In this document: one piece after another, positions 52,812-64,000 of the stretch
Numbering within the stretch: position 1 is the first letter of the stretch
How the letters are laid out: each line of letters opens with the position of its first letter
Origin: Geosiphon pyriformis uo1
Lineage: Eukaryota > Fungi > Glomeromycota
Direction of reading: 5' to 3'
Length of the DNA: 64,000 bases
Assembly (NCBI GenBank): GCA_016748015.1
Contig: JAAOMT010000772.1
Coordinates: 251,541-315,540, forward strand
The notes under the pieces: generated by a model
What the model saw: only the letters and a program-made list of their open reading frames with translations
Databases searched by the model: none
What the model was told of the DNA's origin: nothing
Made by a program: the position numbers and the translations under genes

Positions 52812-55140
52812 ATGGTATTATATTGTTAACTTTAACCAAGCTTAAGGCTATTTCTTTTGTACTTGCTTGTATTCTTATGGATTGCAGTATAACTGTTTAT
52901 TCAAACAGCCAGACTGCTATTTATGCTTGTATTGATAAATTAAAATTGTTTTTACCTGATTTCAGGAAGTATTTGTGAATAAAATAATGTTAAATTATAA
53001 ATTCTATTGAAAAAAAAAGCACTTATAATATTTTGGATTAAGATTAAAAGGCATACTGGTATTGTGAAAAACGTTTGTACTAATAAGCTAGTCTTTGATG
53101 CTTGCTTCTTTGATTCAATTTTTTTTATTGTAATTTATGAGTTTTTTGTGCTTTTAAGTAATATGACATTGTCTTGTAATATTTATTACTATGTCAGAGA
53201 TTTATACAGGACTTTATATTATGCTAGATGGGAAAATAAATTCAGATCTATAGTGAAGAATATTTGTAATATCCATAAAATAGACTGAAAAAAAAACTTT
53301 TAAAGTCTGGCATCCTGATAAACACATGGTTTTTGGCTTTACATACTGCTTATTGGCTGCTTTATAAACTTATTTTATGAAAATTTTACATGAACATTTG
53401 CTAATGGTTGTTTGAAAACATCTGTACAATACATTATATTTAAGCATGTAATACATGTTTTGTGAAAAAATTGATATTTTTGATTATGTTTTCAAATGTT
53501 TTTATAATAATATTGCTTGTAACAAATTTTTTTTTTGAGTTTAGAGAGCAATAGGCATTTTTGTCAAGTATTATAGTATTATTTTCTGTAATCATTTAGG
53601 ATTTATCTTTTTATAAGTATAATATTAGTTTGTATTCTGCTTTAGTAAAAAGTTTTGTGCTTAAAAGTTGGTACTATAAAGCTCTGGCTCTCTTGAAAGA
53701 TTCTGTGCTGGCTGGAACAAAAGTTGTTTTATTTATAAGTAACTTAGTAATAGTCTACAAATTTGAGATATAATGTCACAAATTTGAGTACAGAGCCAAT
53801 ATAAAAAAGATGGATTAATATTAACTGATAATAGTGTTTTACTCAGAGCCATCAATAATATAAACAAATTAAGTAATGAAATGGTTATACTGCTTAGTAT
53901 AGAAAAAATTAAAGATATTTATTCTGACATATGTTCTAAATGCTTGTTTTTTTGAATTTAGATAATAATATAGTAGTTTTAGTGAATTTATAGTATAGTT
54001 TTAATTGGTCTAAGTAACTGGTTACATGTAGTAAGTGTGTAAATCACATTTAGTTTATAATACATATATGTTGTATGTTTCTAAATAGCAATTAAACCAT
54101 ATTTGTTAAACTGAATAAAAAAAAACAGTTTTACATAATATGTATTTGAATTTATTATTAATATATTTTAAAAAAGACAACATAATTTAAAAAATATTAA
54201 AACATTATTTTTAGTTTTATATTATTATGATTAAAACTTATAGTTTTATTAATTATTATATGTATTAGCCATTGTTACTCATAAAAAAAAACAGATATAG
54301 AAAATAATAGACCAATAAGAGAGTAGTAGTTAACACATGAGCACATTGCTCAGCAATATGGAGCAATGTCAGAAATTACAGCACATTGCTTAGCAATGTG
54401 GAATAATATTAGAAAATTAGGACATATTGCTTAGCAATATGAGCATTGTTCAAAAAATTATAGCACATCACTCAGAAATATAAGCAATCTTATAGAATAT
54501 AAATTTATGTATATATAGCAATAGTATCAAAAGCTAAAAAATTAGTCAATTAAAGTCAAGAAGACTAAGAGTCAATAGGACTTTCAGAGTTAATTAGATT
54601 CGCAGATCATAATTATTAAATACCTTTTCTTCAAAAAATAGAATACTATAACTTGAAGTGAAATCACTTTCATATTAATAAAATTATTCATTATTCTTAA
54701 ATCCATGTTATTATCTACTACTTAACTTGATGGCACAATAGTTCTTAATCACAGTTATTTACAGAACACTTATTTCTTATTTTATTTTTTTTATTTTTTT
54801 ATTTTTTTTTATTTTCTTTTGTTATTCACTAAATTGATTAAAAGGATTAAGTACTGAGTTATTAATGTTAAATAACATTGAAAATTAAAGAATAGCTTAC
54901 CAAAAAGGCATTTCTGCCAGATTATTGGCCATCATGCTAAGAAAAAAATTTGATGGAATTGTAATTCTAAGAGGCTACTGAAAAGACAACAATTGAATCT
55001 CTGTCTATTATACAAAAAACTCAACAAAAAAAACCTTCAGATACAAACAACTTTCAGATATCCCCAAACATTTCAATCAATTGAGCACCAAGTTATGAGT
55101 TTGTTATTTGCTTTGAGACTTCAAATAATTACCTGTAACA

Positions 55141-55158
55141 TTTGGTGCTCTCTGTAAA
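55141..55158 (+). promoter_or_regulatory. Primer-binding site of element I (same type in A, F, G and J)
   Basis: tt+TGGTGCTCTCTGT immediately after the LTR terminus; TGG is complementary to a tRNA CCA end. Confidence 0.8.
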
Positions 55159-55277
55159 GTATAATCTAACAGAGAATCAGCACTAGCAACAACCATGCAG
55201 AAAAGTAACAGACCAAGAAAAAACAAGAGAAAATTACTTAGAATTCATGAAATTTTTATTTTACTATTATCTTTATA

Positions 55278-55930
55278 AAACTCATTAAATTCAAACTCTG
55301 ATTATTCAAAACCTGATCATTAAAACCCCGAACATTTGAAACTTACTTTTGATAAAAAATTATTAAATTAAAACTTTAATTATTCAAAAACCTGATCATT
55401 AAAACCCTGAACATTCAAAAATTACTATTGATAAATTCATTAAATTCAAACTTCAATTATTCAAAACCTGATCATTAAAATCCCAAACATTCGAAACTTA
55501 CCATTAATAAATTTATTAAAAACTCGTTAAATTAAAACTCCAATTATTAAAAAACTTGATTATTAAAAACCCTGAACATTCAAAAATTACCATTAATAAA
55601 CTTGTTAAAAATTTGTTAAATTAAAACTCCATTTATTCAAAACCCAATTATTAAAACCCCAAACATTTGAAACTTACTTTTGATAAATTTGTTAAAAACT
55701 TGTTAAATTAAAACTCCAATTATTCAAGACCCAATCATTAAAATCCCAAACATTCGAAAATTATTGTTGATAAATTTGTTAAAACTTGTTAAATTAAAAA
55801 CTCTGTTTATTCAAAACCTGATCATTAAAATCTTAAACATTCAAAACTTACTTTTGATAAACTTGTTAAACTCCAATTATTCAAGACCTGATTGTTTAAA
55901 AACCCAAACAGTCAAAACCTGATAATTCTA
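55278..55930 (+). repeat. Tandem array of ~8 units of ~77-88 bp inside element I
   Basis: Repeated consensus ttaaattaaaactccaattattcaaaacctgatcattaaaaccccgaacattcgaaacttac..gataa with no unique spacers. Confidence 0.88.
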
Positions 55931-56235
55931 ACTCTGCTATTGCACAAAAAAACTTACCATCATTAAAACTTGTTAAATCTCTAACAATTCAAAATCCCAG
56001 GAATTATTCAAAAACCCAAACATTCAAAGTCTGATAAATTTTAAATACTGCTATCATACAAGAAAACTTACCTTTGATAGCCCAATAAAATCTAATTCTC
56101 ACAGTACCAATAAATTAGCAAAACTTACCTGATGGTCCTAAATCAGAATAATAGAACATAGTCACAATCCATTCACATGTGTCATATATTTAAAAAAGAG
56201 CCAATCAGCAAGAACAAATGGGAATCAGAATCAGA

Positions 56236-56450
56236 ACTTAATTCCGATTCAAACTCTGCTGATAACAGCAACAATTCAAACTTTATTAATAACAATAATG
56301 ATTTAAACTCTGTTGATAACAACAACAATTCAAACTCCACTGATGACAACAACAATTCAAACTCTGCTAATAACAACAATAATTCAAACTCTGCTAATAA
56401 CAACAACAATTCAGACTTTGCCAACAACAATTCAAACTCTGCTTCAAACA
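56236..56450 (+). repeat. ~27-bp minisatellite (aattcaaactctgctaataacaacaac) from the Asn/Ser-rich pre-dUTPase linker
   Basis: About 7 visible copies; they produce the low-complexity ORFs 56177-56458 and 56182-56589. Confidence 0.88.
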
Positions 56451-57129
56451 CTGAATAATATATCATGCTTTTAGATCTTACAATAAAGCAAGAATTAACT
56501 AAATTCAGTGATAATAATAAGGGCATTATGTCTGAACATACACATAATACAAATACAAGATTTGAACATAGATATTCTGAACAGACCACTATAGTTAAAA
56601 ACTCCAGTCACGTATAAAATTAGATTTACAAATAGCAATAGAAATTACAGCAACAACATTAATACAAAAGAGAGATTTAAAAAATTTTGATAGAGCTCAA
56701 TATTAAAAGGAGAAGATAATGTTACTTATAAAGAAAAACAGATATAGAAAATAGTAGACCAATAAGGGAGTAGTAGTTAGCATGTAAGCACATTGCTCAA
56801 GAAATCATAGCACATTGCTTAAAAAATCATAATACATTACTCGGAAATATGAGCAATCTTATAGAACATAAATTTATATATATATAGCAGTAGTATCAAA
56901 AGCTAAAAAATTAGTCAATTAGGTTCAAAGTCAAGAAAACTGAGAGTTAATAGAACTCTCAGAGTTAATTAAACTTGTAGGTCATAATTATTAAATACTC
57001 TTTCTTCAAAAGATAGAATACTATAACTTAAAGTGAAATCACTTTCATATTAATGAAATTATCTATTATTTTTAAATCTATGTAATTATCTATTATTTAA
57101 CCTATTGGCACAATAACTCTTGATCATGG

Positions 57130-60100
57130 TATTATGGATAAACTTGATGAGATATGGTGGTAATGTTTGGTGCTCTAATTTAGTTTTCTAAGGTTGTCTG
57201 TTCTTTCCACAATGTCAATATTATCAGTCTTTGAAGGTCTATTCCTGGATATGAGTTTATCTACTGAGTTCTTTGGTTATAAGGCACAGAGTTTTGGTTT
57301 TTGCTAATTGCAACTTCTTATAACAATAAGCTTTCTTCTCCAAGCTAATGAGTGCAGTTATTAGGGTCCAGCATTGTTTTTTTGCCCTTCTGGTAAGCTA
57401 TCAAGATAATGTTAATATCCAAAAACCTAGAAGAAGCTTCTTTTTTTTACCAGGCTATTACAAAGTCTATTTTCAGACAGTTGATTTTCTTATATTGTTG
57501 CTCCACAAGAAAAAAATAAAAAAAATAAAAGAAAATAAAAGAAAATAAAGAAGTAAAAAAAATAAATAAAAAATAAGTGTTTTATCAATAGCCATAATCA
57601 AGAGCTATTGTGCCAGCAGGTTAAGTAGTAGATTAATAACATGAATTTAAAGAATTGAAGAGATATTTTATTAATATAATTCCATTTTAGTTGATAGCAA
57701 CTATCTTTGAAAGAAGAAGTATTTAATAATTATGACCTGTGAATCTAATTGACTCTAAGAGTCTAATTGACTCCTAAAAGTCTAATTTTTCTCTCTGTAT
57801 CTCTTCTTTTTTAACTTCTATAGCTACTCATTTTTATACATTTTTTTGTTCTACAGAATTGCTTTTGATTGCTTCATTATTGCTAGCTATTGTTTTGTTA
57901 TTGCTAGTTATTGCTCATTATTACTAGTTATTGCTTGTTATTGCTAATTATTGTTTGTTATTGCTAGCTATTGCTTATTATTGCTAACTATTGCTCATTA
58001 TTGCTAGCTATTGCTTATTATTGCTAGCTATTGCTCATTATTGCTAGTTTTTAATCATGTTTGTTTTATGTTATTTCGAATTGTAACACATTTTTCTTGT
58101 CATATTTTTTTGTTACGTTTTCCCATAACTTTTTGGTTTTTTCTACTTGGGTAACATTATCCTTCTTTTTAAAAATCAACTTTTGTGAAATCTTCTAAAT
58201 TTTTCTCTTGTCTCAATGTTGTTGCCATAATTTCTATTGCTATTTTTAAATCTATTTTGATATGTAAATGGTGTTTTTAAACTATAGAGGTCTGTTTAAA
58301 ATATCTAATTTCAAATTCTGCATTCATATTATGTGCTCATTCAACTATAATGCTCTTATTATTATTATTGAATTGAGTTAATTCCTGTTTCATTGTAAGA
58401 TCTAGAAATGTGATATATTGTTTGGTGTTTGAAGTAGAGTTTGAATCATTGTTGTTATTATTAGTGGAGTTTGAATTGTTATCATCATCATTAGTGAAAT
58501 TTGAATTGGGATTAAGTTTTGATTCCAATTTTCGCTGATTGGCTTGTCTTTCTCAGAGTTTGAATATATGACACATGGAAGTGAATTGTGACTTGGGGCT
58601 ATCAGGTGAGTTTTGATGATTTGTTAATTGATTTTGGTACTGCTGATTCTCAAATTTTTTTTTCTTCTCTAAGTCTTTTTTGTATTGACACTTTCTCAGT
58701 GCTGACTTTTGGCACAAAAGAAGGCAGTCTTCACACAAGTAAGTATGAATCTGAGTAGTTTTTTTTTTGGAATTCTTCCAATAGGTCTTTAAATAATCAG
58801 AGTTTTGAATTTTTAGAGATTTGATGGGTTTTATCTGAGGTAAGTTTCTTTGTACAATAGAGGGGTTAGATTTATTGGGTTTTAAATGTTCGGGTTTTGA
58901 ATAATTGAATCTTGAATAATCAGAGTTTTAACTTTAATAAATTTTACCGAAAATAAGTTTTTTTTTACATTAGTGGAGTTAGAATTTATTGGGTTTTAAA
59001 TGTTCAGGTTTTGAACTATCGGGTCTTAAAGAATTAGAGTTTTAACAAGTTTTATTGAAGGTAAGTTTCTTTATACAATAGCAGAGTTGGAATTATTAGG
59101 TTTCAAATAATTTTCAAAGTTTTTAATTTTAATGAGTTTTTGAATGATCGGGTCTTAAATAATTGGAGTTTTAATTTAACAAATTTTACAAGTTTATCAA
59201 AGATAAGTTTCGAATGTTCAGGGTTTTAATAATCAAGTTTTGAATAATTGGAGTTTTAATTTAACTAGTTTTTCGAAGAAAATGTTAAAATAAGAATTTT
59301 GTAAATCCTAAGTGATTTTTTTCTTGTTTTCTCTTGGTCTTTTATTTTTGTGAATTTCTGGAATTTGGTTTTTGTAAATTTATAATCTTACAGGGAGCAC
59401 TAAATGTTACAGATAAACTTAGTAGAGTATAGTGGTAATATTTGGTGCTCTAATTTAGTTTTCTAAGATTGTCTGCTCTTTCTGTAGTATTAGTGTTATC
59501 AGTCTCTGAAAGTCTATTTCTGGATGTGAGTCTACTTGCTGAGTTTTTTGGTTATAAGACACAGAGTTTTGGTTTTTGCTAATTGCAACTTCTTATAATG
59601 GTAAGCTTTTTTCTCCAAGCTAATGAGTGTAATCATTAGGGTCTAGCATTGTTTTTTTGCTCTTCTGGTAAGCTATCAAGATAATATTAATATCCAAAAA
59701 CCTAGGGGAGCTTCCCTCTTTTACCAGACTATTATGAAGTCTATTCTCAGACAGTTGATTTTTCTATGTTGCCATTTCACAAGAGAAAAATAAAGAAAAT
59801 AAAAGAAAATAAAGAAGTAAAAAAAATAAAATAAAAAATAAGTGTTCTGTCAATAGCCATGATCAAGAACTATTGTGCCAGCAGGTTAATAGTGGATTAA
59901 TAACATAGATTTGAAGAATTGAAAAAATATTTTATTAATATAATTCCATTTTAGTTGATAACAACTATCTTTAAAAAAAGAAGTATTTAATAATTATGGT
60001 CTGTAAATCTAATTGACTTTGAAAGTCTAATTAACTCCTGAAAGTCTAATTTTTCTCTTTGCATCTCCTCTTTTTTAATTTCTACAGCTACTCGTTTTTA

Positions 60101-60379
60101 TATATTTTTTTGTTTTACAGGATTGCTTTTGATTGCTTCACTATTGCTAGCTATTGTTTTGTTATTGTTAACTATTACTCATTATTGCTAGCCATTGCTT
60201 GTTATTGTTAGCTATTACTCATTATTGCTAGCTATTACTTGTTATTGCTAGCTATTGCTCATTATTGTTAGCTATTGTTTGTATTTGTCCTATGTTACTT
60301 TGAGTTGTAATACATTTTTCTTATCACATTTTTTTGTCATGTTTTCCCATGACTTTTTGATTTTTCTATTTAAGTAACA
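57130..60379 (-). mobile_element. Non-autonomous LTR element J (family-E LTRs, 1.25-kb interior) inserted in the 3' LTR of I
   Basis: LTRs at 57130-58156 and 59405-60379, PPT next to 58157, PBS 59387-59404, TSD ATGG/ATAG. Confidence 0.9.
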
Positions 60380-61396
60380 ATAGTTATTAACAAAATACTT
60401 ATTTCTTATTTTATTTTTTTTATTTTTTTATTTTTTTTTATTTTTTTTTGTTATTTTTTGTTATTTACTAAATTGATTAAAAAGATTAAGTACTGAGTTA
60501 TTAACATCAAAGATAGCATAGTAAAAGACCTCAAAGAAAGGGTATAATATCGAAAATTAAAAAATAACTTACCAGAAAGACATTTCTGCCAGATTACCAG
60601 TCACTATGCTGAGAAAAAAATTCAATGAAATTGCGATTCTGGGAGGCTACTAAGAAGACAATAATTGAATTTCTGTTCATTATACAAAGAACTCAACAAA
60701 AAAAAACCTTCAGATACAAACAATTTTTAGATATTCCCAAACATTTCAATTAATTGAGCACTAAGTTATGGATTTGTTATTTGCTTTGAGACCCCAAATA
60801 ATTACCTGTAATATCATTAATATTATATAATTAGCCACTTTATTTTTAGAAAATAATTAATAATATAACTATTAATTTAATTAATAATTTTATTATTAAC
60901 CTAATTGTTAATCTGATTATTAATTACTTTGAATAGTTATATAAGCAATATATTTTTTAGTTTTAGAAAAACATGTTTAAATATATAAGACATATATAAA
61001 TTAAAGTAATAAAAATTACTTTTAAATATTCAATTTTTTTTAATTTATTATTTCTCTTTCTCAATTTTTTTAAGTATTTGAATATCTTTGTAATAAAAAA
61101 TTATTTGTTAATAATTATCTGTAATTGTTAGTTTTGAAGATTATTAAATAATATTATTAAAGAGTACAATTAATATCTAATATTGAATTCTAAAAGTGTC
61201 AACATAAAACAAAAAATTATACCAATGTGTTATTTTTTGTTAATAGTACAAATTATTTTTTTACTTTCAGATTTTTTATTACTTTTTGGAAAAAATAGCA
61301 ATTAAAATATTATGAAATTGATTTTATATATAAAATTCAAACCAATTTAATTTATTTTTTGAAATTGAATTTTTCTTTTATTATTTTCATTACTAT

Positions 61397-63581
61397 TGTT
61401 ATTGAAGCTTTTTGGTCTCTTTTTTTGAATGTTATTAATATTATTTTGCTATTAATTTACAATTATTGGAAGCTGTTAAATTTTTAATAATTGTATTTAT
61501 TATCAAATTATCTTTTATAATTTGAATTGCTAAACTTATAAGTAAAATAGTTTATTTTATGTCAGTTATTTATATAATTACTTTGTAGTAAAAGTCAACT
61601 TTTTTCCAAAAATTGCTTATTTAAAAGCTTACTAAAAATATGTAATTACTTTGTTGTAAAAATCAACTTTTCTACAAAAATCTGGTTTGTAGACTATTTT
61701 AATGTTTTTAATAAAAAAAAACAGAAAAAAAAATTATAAAAAAAAAAATTTTGTTTAAAAGAATTGTTTTCTGGTAGCTAATCAATTTTAAAACATTACT
61801 TGGATTTTAGAAAATCTTAAGTGCAAATAAATAATTAATTTATTTTTTCAAAGCATTGTTTTATTAATTAATAAAAGTAAAAATATTTCTAATATAATAT
61901 GATTTTAAATAAAATAAAATACATTTTTTCAAAGAAAAAAGTTTTTTTTTATACAACTTGTTATAGTACTAGTTTTTAAACTTGCACTTTTCTTTTTGCT
62001 ATTATTTTAATAAACTAAAAATACATTTTGGTAAACTACAAATTGTTTTTACAAACTATAAATTATTTTAGTAAACTATTGAATTATTTTGCAAAATTTT
62101 ACAAATTTAAGTGAATTCTTAAATGTTATAGAGTTTGATGTATTGTATAATTTGATTATTATAATTATGTATTATACAAATTAGGTTATTAAATAAATAA
62201 TAATGTTTAATAATTTGATTAAATAATAAGTAATAATTAAAATAATAATAATATATGCTAATTAATAATAAAAATTATAAAAGTAATTTTATGTTAATTA
62301 ATAGCTAAAATTCTACTAGTAACATAATTTTTCTTTAAAATTGAACTTTATTAAAGTCCAAGTATTATTTATAATATTCAAATAATAATCCAAAATTATT
62401 AAATTAATTTGATCTGAAAATTGTTAAAATTTTAGTTCTGTAAACTTATCAATATATTGAATCTTTATTGATAAAAGTATTGGATTTTGTAAAATGTTTT
62501 TACAAGTATTAAATAGATCATAAAGTTTAAAAACTGTTTTGAGTTTGTAGTAAACATTTGTTGATTCAGTTATTATCTTAAATTTATTGTAAATTTGTTT
62601 TTGTATGGTTTTTAAAAATTTGTTGCTTTAAATTTCAGTTTTTGTTAGTACAGTGTTTTTCTAATTTAAAAATATTAATAAATAGGAGTATATTCACTGC
62701 TTTTATTAAGAAACAATTAAAGTTTTTGTTGTATTGTGGCATTCAAAAAAATGTTAATAAGAGTAAACAATAAGTTTTTTTTCAAAGCTTGCTTTAAAAA
62801 TTTTGGTAAGTAACTTTTAGAATAACTTCTTGTGTTCTTTTTATAAGAATAATAAATTAAATTATTTACTATTAAAACTGTAATTTTTTTTAAATATAAT
62901 TAATTTAACTTTTATTAATTATTATAAATAAATCAAAAAGTGTTTTTAAAGCTAACATTAATTTTTGAGAGATTTATTGAATGTTTTGAAAAATAAACAT
63001 TATAAAATTGAAAAAAAAATAATAATAAAATTTGGTAAAAGTAAAAGAATAAAGAAAAAATTATTTTTGGTATGTAAATTTTTTATATATTTTTAATTTT
63101 AAGTATTTTTAATAGTTATTTTACTATTTTTGTTTAATGTTTTTGTGTTTATTTTAAAGAAAATACTAATATAAAAATAATTTAAATATTTAAATTTGAT
63201 TGCTGTTCTATTACAATTATTGATTCTAAGTTTTAAAAAATATCTTCAGAGTTAATTAAAAAAGAATATATACTAATTTGTAAAATTAATAGTTTTGGGT
63301 TGGTTTTAAACTGATAATATTTTAATTGATTTCTATGTGCAATTTTTGTTAATATTTTGTTATTAAGTTTTAACTTATATAATCTATTTTTTAGAACTTT
63401 ATAAATATTAAATAATTTATTCCATTTATGATTAAATTTTTTATTTTACTGTTTTTTAGCTTTAATTTTTTATAAAAAAACTTTATTTCTAATTTTAAAT
63501 TTGTTATCATGCTATTTTTTTTGTTGTGCTTTAAAATATTTAATATAGATAACTGCAATTTATTATTATTTTTTAATATGT
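61397..63581 (-). mobile_element. Heavily decayed C-family element L: 3' LTR (61397-62324), PPT, ORF3 and integrase C-terminus
   Basis: Collinear with 12719-14900 but far more AT-rich; LYKLKLNNKILTKIAHRNQLKYY at ~63310-63390. Confidence 0.8.
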
Positions 63582-64000
63582 AGTTACAGATGATTATTTG
63601 GCATCTGAAAACAAATAACAAACCTGTAATTTGGTGCTCAATAACTGAATGATAGTGGTAATATTTGAAGGTGTTCATATCTGAAGGTTTTGGTAAAGTT
63701 TTTTGTATAATAAACAAAGATTCAATGGTTGTTTCAGTAGTCTTCCAGAAAGATTATTCTATCAATTTTTTTCTTTAACATAGTGGCTAATTTATTTTGA
63801 CAATTGTGTTCTTCTGATAAGTTATCTATTAATTTATAAATTTTATATTCTTATTTCTGGATCTTTTATTAGACTATCCTTAACATCAATTAATCAGTGC
63901 TTAATCTCTTAAATTAGTTAATAAACAACAAACAACAAAAAATAAAAATAAAAAAAATAAAAGAAAATAATGAAAAATAAGAATTAGTATCTTGTTAATA
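63582..64000 (-). repeat. Family-1 LTR K (partial, runs off the window) inserted in the L integrase
   Basis: gttacagatgattatttg..aaataacaaacctgtaatttggtgctc matches the A, G and H LTR ends. Confidence 0.85.

Larger units (their letters stand above)
36981..53990 (+). mobile_element. Decayed non-LTR (LINE) retrotransposon ORF2 (RT, RNase H, C-terminal Cys region) in three pieces: ~36981-37634, 50805-51845, 52816-~53990
   Basis: RT-like LQNIHKAYNL, TDFGLS, AFLDNTI; RNase H-like VYKDSS, TVYSNSQTA, WIKIKRHTGIVKN. The frame is continuous across both insertions after removing the TSDs. Confidence 0.8.
54273..60813 (+). mobile_element. Non-autonomous LTR element I (1.6-kb non-coding interior); its 3' LTR is split by J
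   Basis: LTRs at 54273-55140 and 56720-57129 plus 60384-60813, PBS tttggtgctctctgt at 55141, PPT aaaaggagaagataa before 56720, TSD CCAT/TCAT. Confidence 0.9.

Noticed and set aside
55278-55930. CRISPR-like array
   Set aside because: The units are head-to-tail degenerate copies without unique spacers, there are no cas genes, and the context is a eukaryotic retroelement.
56177-56589. Asn-rich and Leu-rich ORFs on both strands
   Set aside because: They are by-products of a 27-bp minisatellite inside a non-coding element.
60818-61396. Possible gene or MITE in the extremely AT-rich spacer (also 53990-54272)
   Set aside because: No ORF, TIR pair, TSD or similarity to other parts of the window is recognisable.

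Overview
This very AT-rich eukaryotic window consists almost entirely of nested, decayed transposable elements; I find no host gene, RNA gene or CRISPR array. From memory only (no search run), the protein remnants resemble repeats of Glomeromycotina fungi such as Geosiphon. All coordinates were read by eye. Layout: Ty3/Gypsy element A (-, <1-29828) contains element B (+, 8947-27829) and a B-family solo LTR (27879-28692). B contains element C (-, 12719-22547) and a DD34E Tc1 transposon (23773-25116). An older gag remnant D follows, with solo LTR E (30083-31093) and truncated element F (31574-~36980). A LINE (~36981-53990) is split by element X (two 1.4-kb LTRs, ~140 bp interior, 37635-50800), which hosts full-length element G (-, 39047-49271), and by solo LTR H. 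Two non-coding LTR elements (I 54273-60813, with J 57130-60379 inside it), an old C-family fragment and a last partial LTR complete the window. Every LTR insertion with both ends visible has a 4-bp TSD, and almost all ORFs are broken by C>T/G>A changes. The main signal is an unusual Gypsy design shared by three divergent families. ORF1 is a Met-free extension followed by Gag, PR, a Cys-rich domain, dUTPase, RT and RNase H, ending in a conserved stop. Integrase is a separate ORF and a conserved third ORF of unknown function follows. Two RNA structures recur across LTR families: a stem-loop exposing the palindrome UGAUCA (kissing-loop-like) and a U5 arm that pairs with the PBS. Several integrase-less or non-coding passenger elements carry these signals.
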